64,000 nt of DNA from Anaeramoeba ignava BMAN (taxonomy: Eukaryota; Protista; Anaeramoebae). The position numbers and the translations under genes were made by a program. The number at the start of each line of letters is the position of its first letter. Within the stretch, counting starts at the first letter, position 1. The stretch covers positions 62,001 to 126,000 of the forward strand of contig JAPDFW010000088.1 in the NCBI GenBank assembly GCA_028826165.1, written 5' to 3'. Under the pieces are notes generated by a model, which saw only the letters and a program-made list of their open reading frames with translations, was not told the origin of the DNA and did not search any database. This document shows positions 38,110-55,689 of the stretch, in pieces.

Positions 38110-39840
38110 TTATTAGATTTTTAAACAATAATTTAAATTATTTTTAATTAATATTTTTAAATACATTTAGGTAAAAAATTTTAAATGCGAAAATTGTCAA
38201 TTTATATCTATTTAATTAAGTTAAAATTGATCAAAAAATTTTATTAAATTTTATTTATTATTTATTAAATTTTTAAACATAATTTAAATTATTTTAAATA
38301 ATAATAATTAAATAAATTTATTTAAATCAATGTGTATTCAAAAATTATTAAATTATATCTATTTAATTAAATTAAAATTAATTAAGAAATTTTATTAAAT
38401 TTTATTAATTTAAATTTTTAAACAATAATTTAAATTATTTTGAATTGATAATATTAAATAAATTTGTTTTAAATTAATGTATATTCAAAAATTACTAAAT
38501 TATATCTATTTAATTAAATTAAAATTAATTAAGAAATTTTATTAAATTTCATTAATTATTTATTAAATTTTTAAACAATAATTTAAATTATTTTGAATTA
38601 ATATTTTTAAATAAATTTATTTAAATTAATGTGTCTTCAAAAATTACTAATTTATATCTATTTAATTAAGTTAAAATTAATGAAGAAATTTTATTAAATT
38701 TTATTTATTATTTATTAAATTTTTAAACAATAATTTAAATTATTTTAAATTAATATTTTTAAATAAATTTATTTAAATCAATGTATTTTCAAAAATTACT
38801 AAATTATATTTATTTAATTAAATTAAAATTAATGAAGAAATTTTATTAAATTTTATTTATTATTTATTAAATTTTTAAACATAATTTAAATTATTTTAAA
38901 TAATAATAATTAAATAAATTTTGTTTAAATCAATGTGTATAAAAATTACTAAATTATATCTATTTAATTAAATTAAAATTAATGAAAAATTTTATTAAAT
39001 TTTATTTATAATTTATTAAATTTTTAAAAATAATTTAAATTATTTTAAATAATCATAATTAAATAAATTTATTTAAATCAATGTGTCTTCAAAAATTACT
39101 AAATTGTATCTATTTAATTAAATTAAAACTAATGAAGAAATTTTATTAAATTTTATTTATTATTTATTAAATTTTTAAAACAATAATTTAAATTATTTTA
39201 AATTAATATTTTTAAATAAATTTATTTAAATTAATGTGTATAATAAAATTACTAAATTATATCTATTTAATTAAATTAAAATTAATGAAGAAATTTTATT
39301 AAATTTTTAAATTATTTATTAAATTTTTAAAAATAATTTAAATTATTTTAAATAATAATAATTAAATAAATTTATTTAAATTAATGTATATTCAAAAATT
39401 ACTAAATTATATCTATTTAATTAAGTTAAAATTAATCAAAAATTTTATTAAATTTTATTAATAATTTATTAAATTTTTAAAAATAATTTAAATTATTTTG
39501 AATTAATATTTTTAAATAAATTTATTTAAATCAATGTATTTTCAAAAATTACTAAATTATATCTATTTAATTAAATTAAAAATTAATGAAGAAATTTTAT
39601 TAAATTTTTTAAATTATTTATTAAATTTTTAAACATAATTTAAATTATTTTAAATAATAATAATTAAATAAATTTATTTAAATTAATGTATATAAAAAAA
39701 TTACTAAATTATATCTATTTAATTAAATTAAAATTAATCAAAAATTTTATTAAATTTTATTAATAATTTATTAAATTTTTAAAAATAATTTAAATTATTT
39801 TAAATAATAATAATTAAATAAATTTATTTAAATCAATTTA
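38110..39840. repeat. Intergenic AT-rich minisatellite, period ~151 bp, ~11 copies
   Basis: The marker TATCTATTTAATTAA recurs at ~38205, 38356, 38503, 38655, 38957, 39107, 39259, 39410, 39560 and 39712. Confidence 0.88.
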
Positions 39841-39934
39841 TTTAAAAAAATTTCAAATGAGAAAATGAAAAAAATTGTTTTCTCTTTTGTAAAAAAAAAA
39901 AAAAATTTTCAAATAACATTTTTCGATAATTGAA

Positions 39935-42431
39935 TTATTTTTGCAATTCTTTACGAATTTGATCACAAAGTAATTCAAACTGAAATAAATCACCTTCTTT
40001 CCAAATTATAGAAACACGATGAGTCAAAGGAATATTTCGATTGATTTGAGAAGAATCTTCAATAATCTCAATTTTTAGTCTTAATTCAAGATCTGTTATT
40101 TGAAAATGGAATTCATGAGTGTGTTTCCAAAGAAGTCCAAGTTTATCAAGAATCTGCTGTATTTGCGCAAGAAGATGGAAAAACAAGCTTTGCTTTTTGA
40201 TTTCCACAATTTTTGGAATTTCTTCCACTTTTTTAGAAGTTATTTTTTCCGTTTTATTTTGTTCTGAATTTTTCATTTTTCGAAACCAACTTCCAAACCA
40301 ACTTTGTTTGGGACTTTGTGAATTAATGGAAAATGATTGAGAAACTTCGTTTTCATATTTATTTCGGTGGAATCGAGGCGATCCAAAATGGAAAATATTC
40401 TGACTATTTGTATTTTCTTTTGACATCCAAATTGGATCTGATTTTTGATCATTTCCGTTTTTTTTTGCTTCTTGATTTCTTATTGATTTCGCATCAGTTG
40501 GTCCTTCTTGATTGAGGATGCTCATTGAATCTGAATCAAAGTCTACATCTTTGAACCCGAAATCTAGAGCGTCTTTATTTGGATCCTCAAGTTCTTCAAA
40601 CAGAATATCTTCATCAAAAGATTCGTTTCTTTGAATCAAATTTTCATAATTTTTTTCATCATAATTTTTTTTTGACTCGTTGAAATCATTTGAAAAAAAA
40701 TCATTTGAATTATCAAGTTCCATTTCTTGATCTTGAAACGTTTGCAAATCTGGCAGTTTTTTGACATGTTGTTTTGGATATAATTTTTTAAAAAACAACC
40801 AATAAAAAACTTTTGCTAAATTTTTTTCAGGTCTTGTTAGTGAATTGATAAGTTGTGAATGATTTGTAAATCCCAATGAACGTAAATGCGAAAGTATTTT
40901 TTCATCGAGATTATCAATTTTGACAGGTAGTTGCATTTGATTTGAAAGAATTGAAGGATTTGGAATCTTGTATATTTTTGGGAAGTTTGATGTGAACCAA
41001 GAATGAGTCTGTATTTCTTCCATTGTGATCCGTTTTTTTGGATCAACAACTATCATTCTTGATACTAAATTTGCTTGTTCTGTTGTAAATGATCTTGGCA
41101 TGGAATATACTCCATTTGTTACTTTTCGTAGTAGTTTTTGTATGTTTGGATCGTCAAATGGGAGTCTTCCTGCAAGTAAGGCAAAGAGAATTATTCCACA
41201 ACTCCAGATATCAGATATCATTCCATTATATTGGATTCCCTTTTTATTAATTTTATGAAAAATTCAAATAAAATAATTTAATATTTGAATAATTTAATTA
41301 AAATGATTCAATTAAAATAATTTAATATTTGGATAATTTAATAACATGAATAATTCAATATTTGGATAATCCAAATAAAATAATTCAATATTTGGATAAT
41401 TTAATAACATGAATAATTCAATATTTGGATAATTTAATATTTGGATAATTTAATAACATGAATAATTTAATAACATGAATAATTCATTTGGTAAATCAAA
41501 TAAAATAATTTAATATTTGGATAATTCAATATTTGGTTAATTTAATAACATGAAAAAAATTTAATAAGATTAAAATTCAATTAAAATAATTTAAATAAAA
41601 TTCAATATTTGGATAATTTAATATTTGAATAATTTAATAACATGGATAATTTAATAACTTGAAAAATAATTTAATAACATGAAAAATAATTTAATAACAT
41701 GAAAAATTCATTTGGTAAATCAAATAAAATAATTTAATATTTGGATAATTTAATATTTGAAAAATTTAATAACATGAATAATTTAATAACATGAAAATTT
41801 TAATAACATGAAAAATAATTTAATAACATGAAAAATTCATTTGGTAATTCAAGTAAAATAATTCAATTAAAATTAAAATTAAATTTAAAATAATTACTTT
41901 TATAACTTCTGGAGCAGCATAATGAGGAGAACCACAAGATGTTCCCAATAAACTATCCTTCATTAAACTAGCCATTCCAAAATCAGCAATTTTAATATAA
42001 TTATTTGTATCAAGTAGTAAATTCTCAGGTTTTAAATCACGATGGCAAATAAGATGATTATGACAATAAGCCAATCCAAAAATAATCTGTTGGAAAAAAA
42101 ATAACGCTTCTTCTTCAGGTAAAGTACCTCTTTTCACTAAATAATCAAATAATTCTCCACCTTCAAGATATTCCATCACAAGATAAAGATGATTTGAAGT
42201 TTCATATACATTATATAACTTTAAAATATGAGGATGCTTTAAAAGTTTTAAAATTGCAATTTCTTGTTCTATTTTTTTTAACATTTCTGGTTTTTGTCTC
42301 ATTTGCTTTTTGGATATTATTTTAATAGCATATTCTTTATGCGTTTCTTGGTGGATTCCTAACTTAACTTTTCCAGTACTTCCTGCTCCTAATGTTTTTC
42401 CAAGTAAATATGGCCCAACTGTATTTGTCAT
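39935..42431 (-). CDS. BRSK: BRSK/SAD-family AMPK-related kinase; exons 42431-41898, 41239-39935
   Basis: [59 protein letters not shown], a UBA-like ILSHLRSLG segment, then GSPRFHR and KQSWFG. Confidence 0.88.
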
Positions 42432-43750
42432 TTATTTATTTATTTATTTAAAAAATATAAAATGAAAAAAGAAAAAAGAAAAAAATGAAAAAAAAATTTG
42501 ATTCTTTTTTTTTTTGAAATAATATTTTCTCAAGTTCTTATTTTAAAAAAATCAAAATTTTTCAATTAAAATAATTTTAACCATTATTAAAATAATTCAA
42601 AAGACACGTTTACTAATAAAATCTTCTTTTTTTTTTTTCAATCCAATTTGTTTTGTTTTTATTTTTTTTTTTTTAAAAGAGATCTTTATTAAAAAATAAT
42701 TTTTTCTCCTTTTTTTATTTTTTAAAATATTTTCCCTTTTTGTTTTTGTTTTTTTTACATTTTAAAAATTTGAATGATTTTATTGAATTTTTATTAATTA
42801 AATTAAATGAAAATTATTTATTTTAATTAAATTGAATTGGATCACAATAAAAAATTTTTTTAATTTTTTTTTGTTTATTGATCAATTTTTTAATTAAATT
42901 TTTTTTTTTTTCTTATTTTTCGATCAATAAAAAAATCTTTTTAAATTTAAATTTAAATTAAACTAAATTAAATTAAAACTAACTTTTGGATATTTGAATA
43001 ATTTTTTTGTTTAGAATTAATTTTTGATCGTTTTAATTTCATAAATTGAAAATATAAATAAAAATAAAACAAAAACAAGATTTAATTTTAATTTTACTTT
43101 CTTTTTTAAGTTTAAAATTTTTGAAATGTTTTTTTTTCTTTTTTTGTTCTTAAAAAAAAAATTAGAAATTTGAATTAAGATTTTGTTCCTTTTTTCCTTC
43201 TTTTTTCTTGAATATTCTTTTATTTAAAATTAATTTCACAGTTAGCAAAACTCAAAATTATTTTTTTTTCATTTTTTTTTCATTTTTTTTATTTTTTCAT
43301 TTTTATCTTCATATAAAAAAAAAAACATTATATTATTATTTTTATATTGAATGTAAAATTAAAAACAAAAACAAAAACAAAAACTAAAACATAAACATAA
43401 ACAAAAACATAATCAAAAACAAAAACATAATCAAAAACAAATACAAAAACATAATCAAAAACATAAACAAAAACAAAAACAAAAACAAAAACATATACAA
43501 AAACAAAAACATAAACATAATCAAAAACAAATACAAAAACATAATCAAAAACATAATCAAAAACAAAAACAAAAACAAAAACAAAAACAAAAGCATAATC
43601 AAAAACAAATACAAAAACATAAACAAAAACAAAAACATAATCAAAAACATAATCAAAAACATAAACAAAAACATAAACAAAAACTAAACAAAAACATAAA
43701 CAAAAACTAAACAAAAACATAATCATTTTTTCATTGTTTAAATTAGAGTC

Positions 43751-45741
43751 ATGTCAAACGAACAAAATAAAACACCAACTATAAGAATTAAAGGAAAAAA
43801 TGATGAAATTTTGGAAATAAACTTACCTCCAAATCTCTCTAAAACTCCTGGTGGAACTATATTTGGTACTACTCCTGGTGGTAATTAATTTATAATTTAT
43901 TTTTTTTATCTATTTTTATTTAAATTCGTTATTTTATTGATAATTCGAAAAAGAAAAAAAAACAACAAATAATAAATAACAAATAAAAATATAACAAATA
44001 TAAATATAAATATAAATATAAATATAAATATAAATATAAATAACAAATAATAAATAATAAATATAAATATAAATATAAATATAAATATAAATATAAATAT
44101 AAATATAAATATAAATATAAATATAAATATAAATATAAATATAAATATAAATATAAATATAAATATAAATATAAATATAAATATAAATATAAATAAAATA
44201 TAAAATATAAATATAAATATAAAATATAAACATAAATATAAATATAAATATATAAATATAAATAAATAAAAAAAAAAAATAAAATAAAAAAAAAATAAAT
44301 ATAAAATATAAACATAAATATAAACATAAAATAAATATAAATATAAAATATAAAATAAAATAAATATAAACATAAAATATAAATATAAACATAAACATAA
44401 ATATAAATATAAATATAAATATAAATATAACATAAATATAAATATAAAATATAAATATAAACATAAAATAAATATAAATATAACATAAATATAAATATAA
44501 AATAAACATAAATATAAATATAAAATAAACATAAAATAAAAATATAAATATAAAATAAATATAAAAAAAATAAATATAAAATAAAATAAATAAAACAAAA
44601 TAAATAACAAAAATAAATAAAAATATAAATATAAATATAAAATAATAAATATAAACATAATTTATAAAAATAAACATAAAGTTTAAATTTAAAAACAAAC
44701 AAAAATAAAATAAAAAATAATGAAATATGAATAAAATAATTATAAAGATAAATATTTTATAAAAATAAAAATATAAATATAACATAAATATTTTATAAAC
44801 ATAAATATAAATATAAATATAAATATAAATATAAATATAAAATATAAATATAAATATAAATATAAATATAAATATAAATATAAATATAAATATAAATATA
44901 AATATAAATATAAATATAAATATAAATATAAATATAAATATAAATATAAATATAAATATAAATATAAATATAAATATAAATATAAATATAAATATAAATA
45001 TAATTATAAATATAAAAATAAATATAAAAATAAATATAAATCAAAATATAAATATAAATATAAATATAACCAAAACGTCATTATTAATTTTGTTGAAATA
45101 AATTTCAGTTTAAATTTAAAATGCAATTAAAAATTGAAATGAATAATTGATTTTTGATATTGATTTTTTGATAAAAATATTGATCATATAGCATAACAAA
45201 AATTTGTTTTATAAACAAAATATTTAAACAGGTAGTAAAATTGTATATACTCGAGACCAATTAATAAAGCTTTCCACAAGCCCACTTTCACATACTTCTC
45301 CACCAAATATACCAAAAATTGCTGGAATTACCAAAGATTTTAATGATTCACAATCAAATATAGATCAAGTAATAATTACAAATTTTAATTTTAATTTTAA
45401 TTTTATAAATGAATTTTAATTTTAATTTTAATTTTAATTTTAATTTTAATTTGATTTTATAAATGAATTTTAATTTTAATTTTATAAATGAATTTTAATT
45501 TTATTTTATAAATGAATTTTATAAATGAATTTTAATTTTAATTTTAATTTTATAAATGAATTTTAATTTTATAAATGAATTTTAATTTTAGGATCAAATG
45601 AATGAATCAAATCTTGTAAATTCTGATGTAATTGATGAATATGAATATGAAGATGAAAATGAAAATGAAAATGAAATGGAATTTGAAAATGAGAATGAAA
45701 AAGGAGATCAAGATACAGAAGAAGTTTTTAAAATGGATTAA
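43751..45741 (+). CDS. EIF4EBP: eIF4E-binding protein (4E-BP), 138 aa; exons 43751-43880, 45232-45368, 45592-45741
   Basis: [16 protein letters not shown]|[33 protein letters not shown], with a YxxxxLphi motif and a C-terminal TOS-like EEVFKMD*. Confidence 0.92.
43990..45070. repeat. Intronic (AAATAT)n microsatellite
   Basis: Read directly inside 4E-BP intron 43881-45231. Confidence 0.9.
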
Positions 45742-46172
45742 ATTACTGTTTTTCAACAAGAAAAATCATTCCATTTTTTTTTTTTTTTTGATTTTTGGAA
45801 AATGTATGAAAGTCAAACCATTTATGGATTACAAATGTTTTTGGATTCAAAACATTAATTTTTTTTTTCAAAAATATTTTTTTTTGGTTAAGAAAAATTA
45901 TCTGATTAGCTCAAATAAATCAACAATTTTATGAAATTTGGAAATTTAAATTTTGATCTTTATTTATTTATTTTTTTTATTTAAATTTTTTATTGTTTTT
46001 TTTTCCTAAATTTTTTTGCCTTCTTCTATTTATTTTATTTTATTTTATAATTAAAAAATAATATTAGAATCCCCAAAAAAATAAATTAAAAAAAATAAAT
46101 TAAAAAAAAAAAATAAAAATTAAAAAATTAAAAAAAAACACTTTTTTTTTCTTTTTTTAAGAAATAAAAAAA

Positions 46173-49100
46173 ATGACAGAGAAAAAGAAATTAACATTAG
46201 AACTCATTAAACAGTTGCATAAACCTGAATTACATTGTCATCTTGATGGTAGTTTAAGTGTAGATTCAATTATGGAAATGGCTGAAGAACAAGGAGTTGA
46301 TCTTGGTTTTAAAAGTAAAGAAGATTTAGCTAAAGTTGTTGAAGTTGATATTGATTGTCCTTCTTTGGTTGTATATTTGAATAGTTTTGGTGTTACTCTT
46401 AAAGTTATGCAAACTCCTCGTAATTTTTTCCTCTCTTATCTTTTTTTTTTTTTTTAAAAAAAATTTTTTTCTTTTCTTTTCTCTTTTTTTTTTGATATTT
46501 TGTTGTTAATTTTCCATTTTTTTTCGTGACCCAATTAAAATCAAATTAAAATATAATTAAAATCAAATTAAAATCTAATTAAAATCTAATTAAAATATAA
46601 TTAAAATATAATTAAAATATAATTAAAATATAATTAAAATATAATTAAAATCTAATTAAAATATAATTAAAATATAATTAAAATATAATTAAAATATAAT
46701 TAAAATATAATTAAAATATAATTAAAATATAATTAAAATATAATTAAAATCTAATTAAAATATAATTAAAATCTAATTAAAATATAATTAAAATATAATT
46801 AAAATATAATTAAAATATAATTAAAATCAAATTAAAATATAATTAAAATATAATTAAAATATAATTAAAATATAATTAAAATCTAATTAAAATCTAATTA
46901 AAATATAATTAAAATATAATTAAAATGAATAGATTCATTAACTCGAAGTGTTTATGAGGTTTCTGAAGCAGCATATCGTGATGGAATTTCATATTTAGAA
47001 TTAAGATTTTCACCAGTTCTTCATTTGGAAAAAGGGATGGATTTAGCTTTAGTTATGGAATCAATTTGTGAAGGAGTTGCACTTGTTGAAAAAACATTTC
47101 CAATTGTTGTGAGAATTATTGTTTGTGGAATGAGACATATGGATCCAAAAGTTACTGAGAGTTTAGCTGAAATTTGCTGGAGATATCACAAGAAAGGAGT
47201 TACTGGATTTGATTTAGCAGGACCAGAAGATGGATTTTCTTCAAAGCATCACAGAGTAAATATTTTATATTTTTATATTTGAATTAAATTAAATATTTTT
47301 ATAATTGAATTAAATTAAATTAAATATTTTTATATTTGAATTGAATTAAATATTTTTATATTTGAATTAAATTAAATTAAATTAAATATTTTTATAATTG
47401 AATTGAATTAAATATTTTTATAATTGAATTAAATTAAATTAAATATTTTTATAATTGAATTGAATTAAATATTTTTATAATTGAATTAAATTAAATTAAA
47501 TATTTTTATATTTGAATTGAATTAAATATTTTATATTTGAATTAAATTAAATATTTTATAATTGATTTGAATTAAATTAAATATTTTATAATTGATTTGA
47601 ATTAAATTAAATATTTTATATTTGAATTAAATTAAATATTTTATATTTGAATTAAATTAAATATTTTATATTTGAATTAAATTAAATATTTTTGTATTTG
47701 AATTAAATTAAATATTTTATAATTGAATTGAATTAAATATTTTTGTATTTGAATTGAATTAAATATTTTTATATTTGAATTAAATTAAATATTTTATATT
47801 TGAATTGAATTAAATATTTTTATATTTGATTTGAATTTTTTAGTCTGCTTTCCACCTTGTTAGTCGTAAAATGATTAATCTCACACTTCACGCAGGAGAA
47901 GCCTATGGATGGGAAAGTATTTATGATAGTATTAGATATTGCGGAGCACATCGAATTGGACACGGAGTGCGTTTATACGAAAACGAAGAACTCAAAAATT
48001 ATGTTCGAGATAAAGAAATCCCACTTGAATGTTGCGTAACAAGCAACTTCCAAACAAAAGCCATCTCAGCAATCGAAAAACACCCAATCAAGCAATACTT
48101 TGACTACGGAATCCTTACTGTTCCTTGCACGGATAACGTAACTGTTAGTAAAGTTAAATTGAGTGAAGAATATTTCAAAATTCAAGAACTTTTTGGATTC
48201 GAACCAGAAGAACTTATTCGAATGGCAGATTATGGATTTGCTAAGGCTTTTGTTGACAACACAATCAGAAAAAGATTGCGAGTTGATGCTCTTTATTTCG
48301 CACTTAATCTTCTTAAACAAAACGGTTTTTCACTTGACAAATTTTTTGAGAATCATGTTTATTATGAACGAGCAGGAGTGAATTTAGCTTTATTTAAAGA
48401 TCCTCCAATTATCACACCATTTTCGATTGACCCTCCAATTACTCTTGAGATTATCCAGAAATTGCCGAAGGCTGATTTGCATTGCAGACTTGATGGAAGT
48501 GTCTCCATTGATACTGTTTGGGATGAAATCCAAAAAGATCCTAATTGGTTTAAACTTTTTAAACTTGAGGAAATTAAATCAAAAGAAGAGTTGATTGAAA
48601 AACTCCAACCTGAAAGACATACAGCAAAATCTTTCGCTCTTGCAAAGAAGATTATGCTTTCTGTATGTCAAACCAAAGAGCAAATTCAACGAGCTGTGGA
48701 TAATATTTATGCAGAAGCATCAAAAGATAATGTTCAATGTATTTTAATTCAAAAAATATTTTAATTCAAAATGAAATTTAATTTAATTTAATTTAATTTT
48801 GATTTTGATTTTGATTTTGATTTTAATTTAATTTTGATTTAATTTAAATTTAATTTTAATTTAATTTTAATTTAATTTTAATTTTAATTTTAATTTTAAT
48901 TTTAATTTAATTTAATTTAATTTAATTTTATTTTAATTTAATTTAATTTTAATTTTAATTTTAATTTAATTTTAATTTTAATTTTAATTCAAATTTAATT
49001 TAATTTAATTCAAAATGAATTTTAAAAAAAGATCTCGAACTCATGTTTAGACCATTGGCGCATATACACAAAATGAAAGCAGAAGAAGTAATGCAAATTG

Positions 49101-49831
49101 TACTTGAAGAATCAAAGAAAGCATCTGAACAATACAAAATCCGAACAGGAATAGTAGTCTACGTAAGCATACCAGAAGACGATCCAATATCATTTTTCGA
49201 AACAGCAAAACTAGGAATTCAATACAAAAACCAAGGAGTAATGGGATTTGGATCATTTGGAGATGATATACCATTTGAGAACTACAAATTCTACGAGAAG
49301 ACATTCAGTTTATTAAAGAAGCACAACATGAACGTGTGCATTTTAGCAGGACAAAAGACACCAGACTCGATAGTAGCAGCACTATCCGAGGGAGGATCAT
49401 CACGTGTTAGCGGAGCTTTTAAGATGCACGAGATACCAAAATTAGTGTCTCATCTTGTGAACCACAATATTCTCGTTGAAGTGTCACCAACTGACAAGCT
49501 CTCGGTTCTTACTGAGAATATCAGTACATTTTCTGGTAGTCCTATCGAACTATTCGTTCATAGTGGTCTTCCTGTTACTTTATGCTCGTTTAGGCTTACT
49601 CTTGATAAGCAATCTAGATCACAGGTTATCCAAAGAGTCGTCAAAGAAAATCAATTCGATATTGCTGATTTACTTAGAATTGTTGCTATTGGTTTTAGAA
49701 ATAATTTCTCCTCAAGAGATGTTCAAGTTCAAATGCATATAGATTTCTGGAAATTTGCTCAGGAATTCTTACCTCCTCTTGGTTTTAAACAACTTAGAAA
49801 ATTCCCTTGGATGCCAAAGAAAAAGAATTAA
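46173..49831 (+). CDS. ADA: Adenosine deaminase with two tandem ADA domains; exons 46173-46419, 46933-47255, 47844-48738, 49032-49831
   Basis: Domain 1 has KPELHCHLDGS, YLELRFSP, GFDLAGPE, TLHAGE, HRIGHG and CTDN. Domain 2 has KADLHCRLDGS and YLELMFRP. Confidence 0.9.
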
Positions 49832-50509
49832 AATTCAATTCAAAAATTCAAATCAATTTAAAAGAAAATTCAATTCAAAAGAAAATTCAAATCAATTTAA
49901 AAGAAAATTTAAATCAAAAATTCAATCAAAAGTTCAATTCAATTTAAAATCAATCCAAAAATTCAATTCGAAATTCAAATTCTATTTTTCCTTTTCCTTC
50001 ATTTTCATTTTGAAAAAGCAAAAAAATTGAAATCGATTATCAATTTTGATTTCTTTCTCTTTTTCTTTTTCTTTTTTCTTTTTTTTTCCTTTTTTCTTTT
50101 TCTTAATGAAAAATTAATCGAAGAAACTAATTCTAAATTTTAATTTTTAATTTTAATTTTTAATTTTTAATTTTAATTTAATTTTTATTTTTAATTTTAA
50201 GAATCAATGATCAGAAACAACAAAAACTTTTGTCTCCACAAATCCAAAAAAAATTTTTTTTATATTTTAATCTTTAAATGAAAATTTAAATTTAAAATAT
50301 AAAATTGGATTTATTCATCAGAAACTGGAGTTTTTCATCATTTCATCAATTCTTTTTCTTTGTAAATATTCTTTTTAGAAAATTTAAATTGGTTTCTTTT
50401 GTTTTTCTTTTTTAAGTTAAATTTTTATTTTGTTTTTGTTTTTATTTTAAATTGTTTCTTTTTAAAAAAAAATGTAAAAAGATAATTTCTTTTTTCTTTT
50501 AAAAAAATA

Positions 50510-50846
50510 TTAAGCAAATATATCAATTGCAATGAATAAAAACATTGTTCCAACACCACAAAATATACTAGTAATAACAAGATAAAAAATTTTAGAAAGA
50601 AGTGATTTATTTCCTTCACCAAAAAATTCATTTCTAAAAATAATAAAAAATTAAAAAGAAAAAGAAAAAAAATTTTTTTAATTTGAATTTTTAAATTGAA
50701 TTTTTAATTTAAATTTAAATTTGAATTTACGCAAAGAAAATAACAGCAAGAACAACACCAACAACTAAGAAAAGAGTAGCAAGTAAAGGAGAAATTGAAG
50801 GAGAAATAATTTGAGTAAAAGGTTTTAAAGTTTCAAAATCTTGCAT
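50510..50846 (-). CDS. TMEM258: Oligosaccharyltransferase subunit TMEM258/OST5, 79 aa; exons 50846-50731, 50633-50510
   Basis: MQDFETLKPFTQIISPSISPLLATLFLVVGVVLAVIFFANEFFG..KIFYLVITSIFCGVGTMFLFIAIDIFA*. It has two TMs and matches TMEM258 in length and pattern. Confidence 0.78.
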
Positions 50847-51019
50847 TTGAAAATAAAAATGAAAAAATGAAAAAATGAAAAATGAAAAAATGAAAAAAAA
50901 TTTTTAAATTAAAAAATAAAAATCGATTTTTTTTTGTCTCATTTATTCTTGTAAAAAAAAAAGTAATTTTCTTTTAAAAGAAAAAAGAAAACGAAGAAAA
51001 AAAGAAAAACGGAAAAAGT

Positions 51020-55615
<4,596 letters not shown>

Positions 55616-55689
55616 TTAATTAATTTTTTCTAATTTAAGTTCCAATTAAAGAATTTATTACTCATTTATTTAATAAAATTACTCAATTT

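Noticed and set aside
38110-39840. CRISPR-like array
   Set aside because: The whole unit repeats with no unique spacers, the context is eukaryotic, and there are no cas genes.
45363-45597. GATCAA on both exon sides of a 4E-BP intron as an introner target-site duplication
   Set aside because: Not seen at other introns, and introns share no family sequence or terminal repeats.
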